Part shown: in pieces, positions 38,061 to 46,931 of the stretch
How the letters are laid out: every line of letters begins with the position of its first letter
Numbering within the stretch: the first letter of the stretch is position 1
Assembly (NCBI GenBank): GCA_020445255.1
Contig: JAGRGY010000049.1
Location: 18,789 to 82,788 of the forward strand
DNA length: 64,000 bases
Source of the DNA: Gammaproteobacteria bacterium
Lineage (GTDB): Bacteria; Pseudomonadota; Gammaproteobacteria; Chromatiales; Chromatiaceae
Reading direction: 5' to 3'
The notes under the pieces: model-generated
Database searches by the model: none
What the model was told of the DNA's origin: nothing
Seen by the model: the letters and a program-made list of their open reading frames with translations, nothing else
Made by a program: the position numbers and the translations under genes

Positions 38061-40832
38061 TCAACGCATCACGACAATGCGCATCGCGTCGAGCCGGACC
38101 CGGGTATCGTCGAGGTGCACCGCGATGCGCTCACGACGCAGGATCAGCTGTTCGATCTCGTCCTGACGGACGTTGGGATTCACCCGGGCGAGTGCCGCGA
38201 GCCGCTGCTGCTCGGCCGCCAGCTCGCCGTCCATCCGCGCGCGCGCTGTTGCGGCGATCTTTATGCCGGCCTGCCCGGCCAGACCGTCGCCGTGCTGCAG
38301 CATGAGCTTGATGCGTTCCGCCTGCGATTTGATGACGGTGTCGACCAGCTTGCGATTATGTACCAGGCACAGCCCCTGCAGGACATCGTGCGGCAGGCTC
38401 GCCGCACGATCATCTCCATTGGCGTCGAGCAGATAGCGTACGCAGGTCGGTGGCAGATAGCGTTGCAGTTCGAGTCCACGCGGCGCCGAACACTCGACGA
38501 CGTACAGCAGTTCGAGCAGCACACTGCCGGCACGGAAATCGGGATGACTGCACACGGTCACCGCGGCCGCGCCGAGCTCGCCGCTGGTCAACAGATCGAT
38601 ACTGCCGCGCACCATCGGGTGTTCCCAGGTCAGGAACTGACGATCCTCGTGTGCGAGCGCATCGCCCCGGTCGAACGTCAGCGTGACCGGTTCGCTGCCC
38701 AGCCCCGGGTAATGGTCGTTTAGCATGTGCGTCCCCGGTCGCAGTATCACCGCGTGGCCGGGCCCGGGTTCGTGTTCGAGCCCGAAGGCATCCCAATAGG
38801 CATAAATGAACGGGGGCAACGCCGTCACCTCATGCTGCCCGCGCAGTTCGGCGACGAGTTGTGCCGCCGATTCGGGAGAATGGGAGTGCAGCTCCAGCAA
38901 CCGGTCGCGACCACTCTCCAGTTGTGCGTTGATGCGAGTCGTCATCGCGGCCGCGTTCGCGACCAACGCGTCGACCCCGTCACCGCCTGCGAGCGTTGTG
39001 GCCAGGCGTTCGCGCATCGCGCTGTACACCGCGCTCGCCGCCGGACACACCTTCTCGAAGCTGCCCAGACCATCCCGGTACCAGCGCCACAGCACCTCAC
39101 TCGCGGCGCCCTCGAGGTAAGGCACGTGCAGCGAGATCGCCTCGCGCTGTCCGATCCGGTCCAGTCGCCCGATCCGCTGTTCGAGCACATCGGGATCGAG
39201 CGGCAGGTCGAATAGCACCAGGTGATGTGCGAACTGGAAGTTGCGGCCCTCGCTGCCGATCTCCGAACAGATCAGCACCTGCGAGCCCTCATCAGGATCG
39301 GCGAAGAACGCCGCCGCGCGATCGCGGGCCACGATCTCCATGCGTTCGTGGAACATCGCCGCATGGATCGCACAGCGTTCGAGCAGGTGGTCGCGCAGTG
39401 CAATCGTCGTATCGGCGTGCGCGCAGATCACCAGCACCTTGTCCGGCGCAAGGGTCCTCAGCATGTCGCGTAGCCAGTCGACCCGAGGATCCTCGGCGAC
39501 CCATGCCGCACCCACCGTCGACTCCGGCGTCGGATCCGCCCGTAGCGTCGAATAGATCGTTGGCAGCGGCAGCGGATAACTGTGCAGACGCCGCTCGGGA
39601 AAACCCTTGATCGCGTGCCGCGTGTTGCGGAACAGCACACGGCCAGTGCCGTGGCGGTCGATCAGCCGCGCGATCACCTGCTCCCGCCCGAGATCGGCCC
39701 CATCACCCATCAGCTGCGCGAGCAGGCGGCGCGCCCGCTCACCCGGGTCGCGGCCGTCCAGCAGAGTGGCGGCAACTGCGACCACATCAGCATAGGCCTC
39801 CTCCTCGGCGACGAACGCGGCGTAGTCGTGGAAGCGCTGCGGATCGAGCAGCCGCAGTCGGCCGAAATGGCCGGCCCTGCCGAGCTGCTCCGGCGTCGCG
39901 GTCAGCAGCAGTACGCTGCCGGTGCGTGCGGCCAGCGCCTCGACCAGCTGGTAGGCCAGGCTACCACCCTGCTCGGTCCATTCGAGATGGTGCGCCTCGT
40001 CGACGATCAGCAGGTCCCAGTCGCCATCGATCGCCGCACGCGCGACAGCGGCATCGCCGGTGAGCAGCGGCAGGCTGCACAGTACGCATTGTTCACTGTG
40101 GAACGGATTGGCGGCATCGGATTCGGCAAAGCGCTCGGCATCGAATACCGCGAAGCGCAGGTTGAAGCGGCGCAGCATCTCGACCAGCCACTGGTTGACC
40201 AATGCATCCGGAACGACGACGAGCACACGATCGACCCGCCCGGTGAGCAACAGCCGGTGCAGGATCAGACCCGCCTCGATCGTCTTGCCGAGGCCGACCT
40301 CGTCGGCCAGCAGCACGCGCGGTGACGCGCGCGACGCGACCTCGGCCGCGATGTACAGCTGGTGCGGTATCAGGTCGATGCGCGGACCGCCCAGGCCAAA
40401 CACCGGCGAACCCCACAGCGCCGCCGTCTGCAGCCAGGCCCGGTAGCGCAGCGTGAACCAGACGTCGGGGTCGATGCGCCGCGCCAGCAGCTTGTCCTGT
40501 GGCCGGTTCAGCCGCAGATGGTCACTGAGCAGCTGCTCCGGCAACTCGACCTGCCGCCCGCCCGCATCGACACAGTGATAGCGCACGAGATCACCAACCG
40601 GCTCCAGCTGGGTCACCGTCAGTGGATTGCCCTGGCGGTCCTCGATGCGGTCATCGATGGCGAACAGCGCACGGCCCAGCGGGGCGTTGCCGGAGGCGTA
40701 GGTTCGCGCCTCGCCCGCACCGGCAAACAGCACGCGCACCTGACGGCCGTCGACCGCCTCGACAATGCCGAGACCGAGGTCCGGCTCGGCCTCGCTGATC
40801 CAGCGTTGCCCGGCGACGAATCTCTGCTGCAT
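38061..40832 (-). CDS. rapA: RNA polymerase-associated SNF2 ATPase RapA (HepA)
   Basis: N-terminus MQQRFVAGQRWISEAEPDLGLGIVEAVDGRQV, then LADEVGLGKTIEAG and DEAHHLEW. ATG at 40832 is preferred over the tracked 41189. Confidence 0.93.
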   Translation of the reverse strand: MQQRFVAGQRWISEAEPDLGLGIVEAVDGRQVRVLFAGAGEARTYASGNAPLGRALFAIDDRIEDRQGNPLTVTQLEPVGDLVRYHCVDAGGRQVELPEQLLSDHLRLNRPQDKLLARRIDPDVWFTLRYRAWLQTAALWGSPVFGLGGPRIDLIPHQLYIAAEVASRASPRVLLADEVGLGKTIEAGLILHRLLLTGRVDRVLVVVPDALVNQWLVEMLRRFNLRFAVFDAERFAESDAANPFHSEQCVLCSLPLLTGDAAVARAAIDGDWDLLIVDEAHHLEWTEQGGSLAYQLVEALAARTGSVLLLTATPEQLGRAGHFGRLRLLDPQRFHDYAAFVAEEEAYADVVAVAATLLDGRDPGERARRLLAQLMGDGADLGREQVIARLIDRHGTGRVLFRNTRHAIKGFPERRLHSYPLPLPTIYSTLRADPTPESTVGAAWVAEDPRVDWLRDMLRTLAPDKVLVICAHADTTIALRDHLLERCAIHAAMFHERMEIVARDRAAAFFADPDEGSQVLICSEIGSEGRNFQFAHHLVLFDLPLDPDVLEQRIGRLDRIGQREAISLHVPYLEGAASEVLWRWYRDGLGSFEKVCPAASAVYSAMRERLATTLAGGDGVDALVANAAAMTTRINAQLESGRDRLLELHSHSPESAAQLVAELRGQHEVTALPPFIYAYWDAFGLEHEPGPGHAVILRPGTHMLNDHYPGLGSEPVTLTFDRGDALAHEDRQFLTWEHPMVRGSIDLLTSGELGAAAVTVCSHPDFRAGSVLLELLYVVECSAPRGLELQRYLPPTCVRYLLDANGDDRAASLPHDVLQGLCLVHNRKLVDTVIKSQAERIKLMLQHGDGLAGQAGIKIAATARARMDGELAAEQQRLAALARVNPNVRQDEIEQLILRRERIAVHLDDTRVRLDAMRIVVMR

Positions 40833-41113
40833 TGACCCCGTCCGTCGGTGAAAAACCGCGCATTGTACCGGCAGTCGGCTGGCGTCGCCTGTCAGCCTTG
40901 GCCATAATCGCCGGCCCTTTGAAGGGCTACCGATGATTCTGCGCCGGCTGAATTGACGAGTGGAATTCCACGGATCAGGGCGTCGAGCGCCGGTGAAGGC
41001 CGGTGAACGCGTCGTTCTGCAATGCAGACCCGCGAAGCCCCGGCACCCGGATGATCGCGTCGCGTATCGGACGCCCCGTTCAGTCAACGACACACCAGGA
41101 GGATCCCCCCGGC

Positions 41114-42025
41114 ATGTGGTTTCGCAATCTGCAGCTGTACCGTCTGATCGAACCCCTCGAATACACACCGGAATCCCTGCACCACGCACTCGCCGAACGC
41201 ACCTTCAGGCCGTGCACCGGACTCGACACCTTCAGCATGGGCTGGGTCGCCCCTGCCGGCCGCGACGCGACGGAGCTGGTGCATGCCGGCAACGGCCGTC
41301 TGATGATCTGTCTGCGCCGCGAGGAACGGATCCTGCCGGCGTCGGTGGTGCGGGAGCACGTCAACGAAAAGGCCGAGGCCATCATGCAGTCCGAATCGCG
41401 CTCGGTGGGGCGCAAGGAGAAGCAGCGGCTCAGGGACGAAGTCCTGGTCGACCTGCTGCCGCGCGCGTTCACACGCTCGCATCACCTGTACGCCTACATC
41501 GATCCCGTGGCCGGCTGGGTCGTCGTCGACAGTGCGACCGCGAAGAAGGCCGAGGACCTGCTCAGTGCGCTGCGCGAGACGCTCGGCAGTCTGCGCGTGC
41601 GTCCGCTCGCCGTGGCGAGTTCACCGGCGATGGTCATGACACGCTGGGTGGAACGGACGCCGACTGCCGGCTTCGCCCTCGGCGACGAGTGCGAACTCAA
41701 GGAGCCGGTCGACAACGGCGGCGTCATGCGCGGACGTCGCATCGACCTCGCCAGCGCCGAGGTGAGGTCGCACCTCGACGCCGGCATGCAGGTCGCGAAA
41801 CTCGCCGTCGACTGGGAGGAGCGGATCGGCTGCATCCTGTGCGACGACCTCGGCATCCGCCGGCTGCGTTTCCTCGATCTGGTCATGCAGGAGGCGGCCG
41901 ACATCAAGACCGACGACGCGCTGGTGCGCTTCGACGCGGATTTTGCACTGATGGGCATGGAACTGGCGCGCTTCATCCCTGCCGTAATCGACGCCTTCGG
42001 CGGCATCGACGAACCGGACGGGTGA
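41114..42025 (+). CDS. rdgC: recombination-associated protein RdgC
   Basis: MWFRNLQLYRL...FRPCTGLDTFSMGWVAP. ATG at 41114 is preceded by AGGAGG. Confidence 0.9.
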   Translation: MWFRNLQLYRLIEPLEYTPESLHHALAERTFRPCTGLDTFSMGWVAPAGRDATELVHAGNGRLMICLRREERILPASVVREHVNEKAEAIMQSESRSVGRKEKQRLRDEVLVDLLPRAFTRSHHLYAYIDPVAGWVVVDSATAKKAEDLLSALRETLGSLRVRPLAVASSPAMVMTRWVERTPTAGFALGDECELKEPVDNGGVMRGRRIDLASAEVRSHLDAGMQVAKLAVDWEERIGCILCDDLGIRRLRFLDLVMQEAADIKTDDALVRFDADFALMGMELARFIPAVIDAFGGIDEPDG

Positions 42026-42046
42026 TGTGCCGCCCGGGGAGCCGGC

Positions 42047-42790
42047 TCAGTCGGCCAGACGACCGACCACGTAGCCGGCAGCGACCAGGCCGAACGTCGC
42101 CGTCACCGGCATGCACGCACCGAAACCGGCGCAGTTGAGCGAACCTTCCGGCGCATCGCACGCGTCCGGCGGCCGGGTCTGCGGCTCGTCGGACCAGACG
42201 CAGGGCACGCCGAACCGCCGCTTCGGGTTGGCCGGGAAGCCATAATCGTGGCGCAGCAGTTTACGCGTGCGCGCCAACAGCGGATCCTGTTCGGTCTTGC
42301 GCAGGTCGCCTACCTGGATCCGGGTCGCGTCGCGCTGTCCCCCGGCGGCCCCAACCGTGATCACTGCCTGTCGGCGGCGCCTGCACAGCGCGATCATCGC
42401 CGCCTTGACACGAAAATTGTCGATGCAGTCGATCACCCAGTCGTGGCGCTCGTCGATCAGCGCCGCGGCATTGTCGGCTGTGACGAACTCCTCGCATTGC
42501 GTCACCGCGCAGTTCGGGTTGATCTCCGCGATACGCCCGGCGAGCACCTGGACCTTGGCCCTGCCCAGCGTCGACTGAAGCGCAGGCAATTGGCGGTTCA
42601 TGTTCGACTCCGCGACATGGTCCATGTCGATCAGCGTGACATGCCCGACCGCGCTGCGCGCCAGTGCCTCGACGGCCCACGAGCCGACCCCGCCGACGCC
42701 GACAACGCAAACGCGCGCCGCACGCAGGCGCGCCGCACCCGCATCGCCATACAGGCGCGCCACCCCGCCAAAACGCCGGTCCGTTTCCAA
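42047..42790 (-). CDS. tcdA: tRNA threonylcarbamoyladenosine dehydratase (ThiF-family)
   Basis: RFGGVARLYG and VCVVGVGGVGSWAVEALARSAVGHVTLIDMDHVAESNMNRQ. The TTG start is preceded by AAGGGG. Confidence 0.88.
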   Translation of the reverse strand: METDRRFGGVARLYGDAGAARLRAARVCVVGVGGVGSWAVEALARSAVGHVTLIDMDHVAESNMNRQLPALQSTLGRAKVQVLAGRIAEINPNCAVTQCEEFVTADNAAALIDERHDWVIDCIDNFRVKAAMIALCRRRRQAVITVGAAGGQRDATRIQVGDLRKTEQDPLLARTRKLLRHDYGFPANPKRRFGVPCVWSDEPQTRPPDACDAPEGSLNCAGFGACMPVTATFGLVAAGYVVGRLAD

Positions 42791-42885
42791 TCTTTGCGCC
42801 CCTTGTACACCGGGAAAGGGGTTATATTACAGGCCGCACCGTCGGCGCCGTGACACTGCCGGCGCCGTGTCACCCCACAGCGACC

Positions 42886-44016
42886 ATGACCGACGACGCC
42901 CTTCGACAGATCGACGACCTGCGCACGCTGTTTATCGACGATGTGCCGCTGCTCGATGTGCGCGCACCCGTCGAGTTCGCCGAAGGCGCCTTCCCCACAG
43001 CAGAAAACCAGCCATTGATCGACGACGCCGAGCGCCATGCGATCGGTATCGCCTACAAGGATCGGGGTCAGGATGCGGCGATCGCACTCGGCAACCACCT
43101 GGTCCGCGGAGAAGACCGGGAACGCAGGATCGCGAACTGGTCGAACTTCATGCGCCGGCACCCCGACGGAGTGCTGTATTGCTTTCGCGGCGGCATGCGC
43201 TCACAGATAAGCCAACGCTGGCTGTACGAACATGCCGGCATTGCCTGTCCACGCGTGCGGGGCGGCTACAAGGCGATGCGACGGTTCCTGCTCGACGAAC
43301 TCGAACGCAACAGTGCCGTCGCCAGGCCTGTCGTCGTCGGCGGACGTACCGGTGTCGGCAAGACGCGCTTGCTCGCTCGCTACACCAGCGCGATCGATCT
43401 CGAGCGCCTCGCCCATCACCGCGGCTCTGCGTTCGGTCACCATCCGCAGCCGCAGCCGTCCCAGATCAGCTTCGAAAACGCCCTGTCCATCGCCCTGTTG
43501 AAGCGCGTCGCCGCGGCCAACGGCCCGTTCCTGGTCGAGGACGAAAGCCGCAATATCGGCGGCCGGCACGTTCCCCCGGCCTTCTACGACGCCATGCAGC
43601 GCGCGCCGGTGGTGTTGATCGAGGCCAGCGAGAACGAGCGCATCGAGATCACCCTGCAGGAATACGTCACCGACGCGCTGGCCGAATTCGTCGCCGAGTA
43701 CGGTACGACGCGCGGCTTCGACGAATGGGCGGCCTACCTGAACAGCAGCCTCGACCGCATCCGGCGCCGGCTCGGCGGCGACCGCCACGCCGAGGTCAAG
43801 GACATGCTGGCGCGGGCACTGCACCGGCACGCGCAATCCGGCGAAATCGACAGTCACCGTGCCTGGATCGACTATCTGCTGCGTGAATACTATGACGGCA
43901 TGTACAACTATCAGCTGGACAGCAAGCAAAACCGCGTCGTATTCCGTGGCCCCGCTGCGCAGATCGTCCGCTACCTCGAGGAACACCATGGGCTCACGCC
44001 CCAGATACCCACTTGA
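42886..44016 (+). CDS. selU: tRNA 2-selenouridine/geranyl-2-thiouridine synthase
   Basis: Rhodanese active site VLYCFRGGMRS, P-loop VVGGRTGVGKT, and the conserved GSAFG. Confidence 0.9.
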   Translation: MTDDALRQIDDLRTLFIDDVPLLDVRAPVEFAEGAFPTAENQPLIDDAERHAIGIAYKDRGQDAAIALGNHLVRGEDRERRIANWSNFMRRHPDGVLYCFRGGMRSQISQRWLYEHAGIACPRVRGGYKAMRRFLLDELERNSAVARPVVVGGRTGVGKTRLLARYTSAIDLERLAHHRGSAFGHHPQPQPSQISFENALSIALLKRVAAANGPFLVEDESRNIGGRHVPPAFYDAMQRAPVVLIEASENERIEITLQEYVTDALAEFVAEYGTTRGFDEWAAYLNSSLDRIRRRLGGDRHAEVKDMLARALHRHAQSGEIDSHRAWIDYLLREYYDGMYNYQLDSKQNRVVFRGPAAQIVRYLEEHHGLTPQIPT

Positions 44017-45286
44017 GCACCTCGTGCGCTGCGGTCGCCGGTTACTGGGTTTGTGTGCATCCGTACTGGTCTTCGCACTGATTCGGCAGGCGGGCGCCGA
44101 GACCCTGGGCTCGCAGGGCATCTTCGAGCGCCATGAACACGCCGTGTTCCAGATCCGCGTCATCAACCGCGAGACCGGCAAGAAGAGCAGCATCGGTTCG
44201 GGCTTTGTCTTCGCCGCGCCGAATCGCCTGGCGACCAACTACCACGTGGTAAGCCAATACATCGAGAAACCCGACGACTACGAACTGCGCTACCTGGCTG
44301 TCGACGGCGGCGAGGGCCGGCTGCAGCTGGTCGCCATCGACGCGGTGCACGATCTCGCCGTGGTCGCAGCCGACCAGCCCTTGGGCAACCCGCTGGCGAT
44401 CGGTCAACCACCGGCCAAGGGGGCGTCTCTGTATGCGATGGGAAACCCGCTCGACCTCGGTCTCACCATCGCCGCCGGCACCAATGGCGGGGTGCTGAGC
44501 CAGACGGACGAGAGTCGCATCCTGTTCTCGGGCAGTCTCAACCCGGGCATGAGCGGCGGCCCGACCTTCGACGAATACGGCACCGTGGTCGGGGTAAACG
44601 TGTCGACGGCGCGCAACGACATCAGCTTCATCGTCCCCACGCGCTTCCTGGCCCGGCTCGCCTCCACGGCGCCGGAGGCCATCGACGGGGCGCTGGGACG
44701 GATCAGCCGCCAGATCCGCGAATACCAGATCGGGTATGTGCAGGGCATGCTCGCCGCGGCCTGGCCGTCAACCTCGATTCGCGGCGTGTTGGTACCGGGC
44801 TCGATATCGCCGACGGTGCGCTGCTGGGACGCGAGCCCCAAGTCCAAGCCCGAGAATCTCTACCGCCAGTACAGCATCAGCTGCAAGAACGAGAACAACA
44901 TCTTCCTGACTGACAGGCTCGAGGTCGGCAAGATCGTGTATGAATACACCTGGCTGGAGTCACAGCAGCTCGAACCCGCACGCTTCTATCGCCTGTACGA
45001 GGCATTGAACAACAGCCAGTTCGGCGGCCGCGCGGACGAGGATGACGTCACGCGCTTTGTATGCGATACACGTTTTGTCACGATCGGCACCGAAAATCTC
45101 AAGGCAACGGTATGTTACCGCGCCTACAAGAATTATCAGGGCCTCGGCGACGTCCTGTTCACCAGCGCGTTGATTGGCCATCCGCAGTCCGGGTTTATTT
45201 TCAATCTCGACCTTTCCGGCACCGACCTTAGCGCAGCGCTGCAGCTCATCGAACGCTTTTTGCGGGAGCTTCAATGGCAAGACTGA
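43988..45286 (+). CDS. secreted or anchored trypsin-like (S1/S1C-type) serine protease with ~250-aa uncharacterised C-terminal domain
   Basis: The catalytic triad contexts are TNYHVV (His), VHDLAVV (Asp) and NPGMSGGPTF (Ser). There is an N-terminal signal/anchor (LLGLCASVLVFALI). The ATG at 43988 overlaps the 3' end of selU by 29 nt. Confidence 0.8.
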   Translation: MGSRPRYPLEHLVRCGRRLLGLCASVLVFALIRQAGAETLGSQGIFERHEHAVFQIRVINRETGKKSSIGSGFVFAAPNRLATNYHVVSQYIEKPDDYELRYLAVDGGEGRLQLVAIDAVHDLAVVAADQPLGNPLAIGQPPAKGASLYAMGNPLDLGLTIAAGTNGGVLSQTDESRILFSGSLNPGMSGGPTFDEYGTVVGVNVSTARNDISFIVPTRFLARLASTAPEAIDGALGRISRQIREYQIGYVQGMLAAAWPSTSIRGVLVPGSISPTVRCWDASPKSKPENLYRQYSISCKNENNIFLTDRLEVGKIVYEYTWLESQQLEPARFYRLYEALNNSQFGGRADEDDVTRFVCDTRFVTIGTENLKATVCYRAYKNYQGLGDVLFTSALIGHPQSGFIFNLDLSGTDLSAALQLIERFLRELQWQD

Positions 45287-46248
45287 CCATCGAGGTGTCC
45301 CACCGCCATCAGCACCAGTTCTACAAAGTCGAAAAGCCCGTGGTGCGGATCGGTCGCGCGCTCGACAACGATATCATCCTGCCCGACCCGGCGGTCTCAC
45401 CCCACCATCTGCTGATCCGGACCACGCCGGCAGGCGGGCACGAAGTCGTGTCGCTGGCCGACGAGAACGGCACACGGTTCAACCGGGGACGTATCGACGG
45501 CACTGTCGCAATCGACAGGCTCCCGCTTCGACTCGACGCCGGCCGCACCCGGATCGTCGTCCACGACCAGGACCAGCCCGTCGCCGCGACGCGCAAGATC
45601 GGCTGCAGAAGCGGTGGTTTGTGCCTGTTCGGCAACTGGCTGCCGGCGGTGATGCTGTTCGGTCTCATGATCCTTTTCAGCGCCTACGAAAACTACCTGT
45701 CGACGCCGAAGCAGCTCACCTGGGACACGTTCTGGAGTGACCAGCTGGTCGTCGTCGCGGTCGCACTGGGACTGACCGTGGGCATGTGCCTCGTCAACCG
45801 TGTCACCGCGTACCGCTGGGAGTTCGCATCGTGTCTCAGCTTCGTGAGCCTGGCGCTGTTGCTGTCGTTTGCGATCGACCAGTTGTCGGCGCTTCTGAAC
45901 TACTACTTCACCTCGCCCACACCGGGTTTCCTGATCAATCTGGGTTGGGTGGCGCTGGTGCTACCCTGGTTCATGGGATGGTTCCTGACACGACTGCATC
46001 ACGGCCACGCCGTCACCAGTTGGATTCTCGTCATCGTTATCCTGTCGCCCAGCGTCTACCTTCAAATCCAACAGGTATCGGACTACTACGATCTGACCGG
46101 CGAGTTCAGCAAGAAAAGCCACTACAGTACGGCCCTGTATCCGTTGGATATCCGACGTGAGCGCAATATGACAATTTCCGATTTTATTACCGACGCGCCG
46201 ACACTGATCGCCCCTCACGACATCGGCGCAAGATCCGACCAAAAATAA
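45274..46248 (+). CDS. FHA-domain protein with multipass membrane C-terminal domain
   Basis: FHA signature VVRIGRALDNDIILPDPAVSPHHLLI...NGTRFN. It is followed by about 6 hydrophobic segments. The ATG overlaps the protease gene by 13 nt. Confidence 0.8.
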   Translation: MARLTIEVSHRHQHQFYKVEKPVVRIGRALDNDIILPDPAVSPHHLLIRTTPAGGHEVVSLADENGTRFNRGRIDGTVAIDRLPLRLDAGRTRIVVHDQDQPVAATRKIGCRSGGLCLFGNWLPAVMLFGLMILFSAYENYLSTPKQLTWDTFWSDQLVVVAVALGLTVGMCLVNRVTAYRWEFASCLSFVSLALLLSFAIDQLSALLNYYFTSPTPGFLINLGWVALVLPWFMGWFLTRLHHGHAVTSWILVIVILSPSVYLQIQQVSDYYDLTGEFSKKSHYSTALYPLDIRRERNMTISDFITDAPTLIAPHDIGARSDQK

Positions 46249-46375
46249 ACAAATCTGCGCAGCCGTCTGGCGAAATTGCAATTATCTCCGCCGATGGCTA
46301 TATTTTGCGCCCGTCAATTGCCACCAGGCACCATCTTCAACCAAATAACCACGATTTACATCTGGAGTTTATTTG

Positions 46376-46795
46376 ATGGCAAAGAAAGCCTTGTCCAATC
46401 TGAGTTCCGACGAACTTTACGAACTGGCCCGCGTCCGGGAGATGGAGGAAGCGGAGGAGGCCAAGGAGGCCGTGCGGGCGCAACTGGACGAACTGCGCAC
46501 AAAACGCCGCGAAACGGTCGCCCGCCAGCGCAAGGAGCTGGCCGCCCTGGACGCCGAGATCCGGGCACTCGGCGGACGCGCGGCGCGTGGCCGTCGGCGC
46601 GGGCGCAATGCCGGCAGCGTCACCGACCACGTACTGGAGATCGTGCAGAGTTCGAAGAAGATCTCCACCAAGGAGATCAAGGCCGAGCTGGAAAACCGGG
46701 GGGTGGTCGCCAACAACCTCGCCCAGACCCTGGCCTATCTCAAACGGCAGGGCAAGGTCTCCTCTCCCTCACGTTCCGTATACAGCGCGGCCTGA
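46376..46795 (+). CDS. small coiled-coil protein with Arg-rich linker and winged-helix-like C-terminal domain (hypothetical)
   Basis: ATG at 46376 is preceded by GGAG within an AT-rich leader. The product has an E/A/R-rich helix (ELARVREMEEAEEAKEAVRAQLDELRTKRRETVARQRKELAALDAEIRAL). This is followed by GGRAARGRRRGRNAG. The C-terminus is VTDHVLEIVQSSKKISTKEIKAELENRGVVANNLAQTLAYLKRQGKV. Confidence 0.65.
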   Translation: MAKKALSNLSSDELYELARVREMEEAEEAKEAVRAQLDELRTKRRETVARQRKELAALDAEIRALGGRAARGRRRGRNAGSVTDHVLEIVQSSKKISTKEIKAELENRGVVANNLAQTLAYLKRQGKVSSPSRSVYSAA

Positions 46796-46806
46796 GCATT
46801 ACGACG

Positions 46807-46840
46807 CGGTCTTGTGGCTGCTGTGCCGGCCACAAGACCG
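46807..46840 (+). terminator. strong hairpin downstream of the coiled-coil gene (possible terminator, no U-tract)
   Basis: A perfect 12-bp stem, CGGTCTTGTGGC (46807-46818) with GCCACAAGACCG (46829-46840), and a 10-nt loop. It starts 11 nt after the stop codon. No T-run follows, so intrinsic termination is uncertain. Confidence 0.4.
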
Positions 46841-46931
46841 TCGCCGACGGCATCAGCCGCGATTTGTGTGTGACATGACACTTGGATAGCCTCTCGCTGA
46901 TGAGGCAGTCCGGTTTTCGTCCGCATCACAC

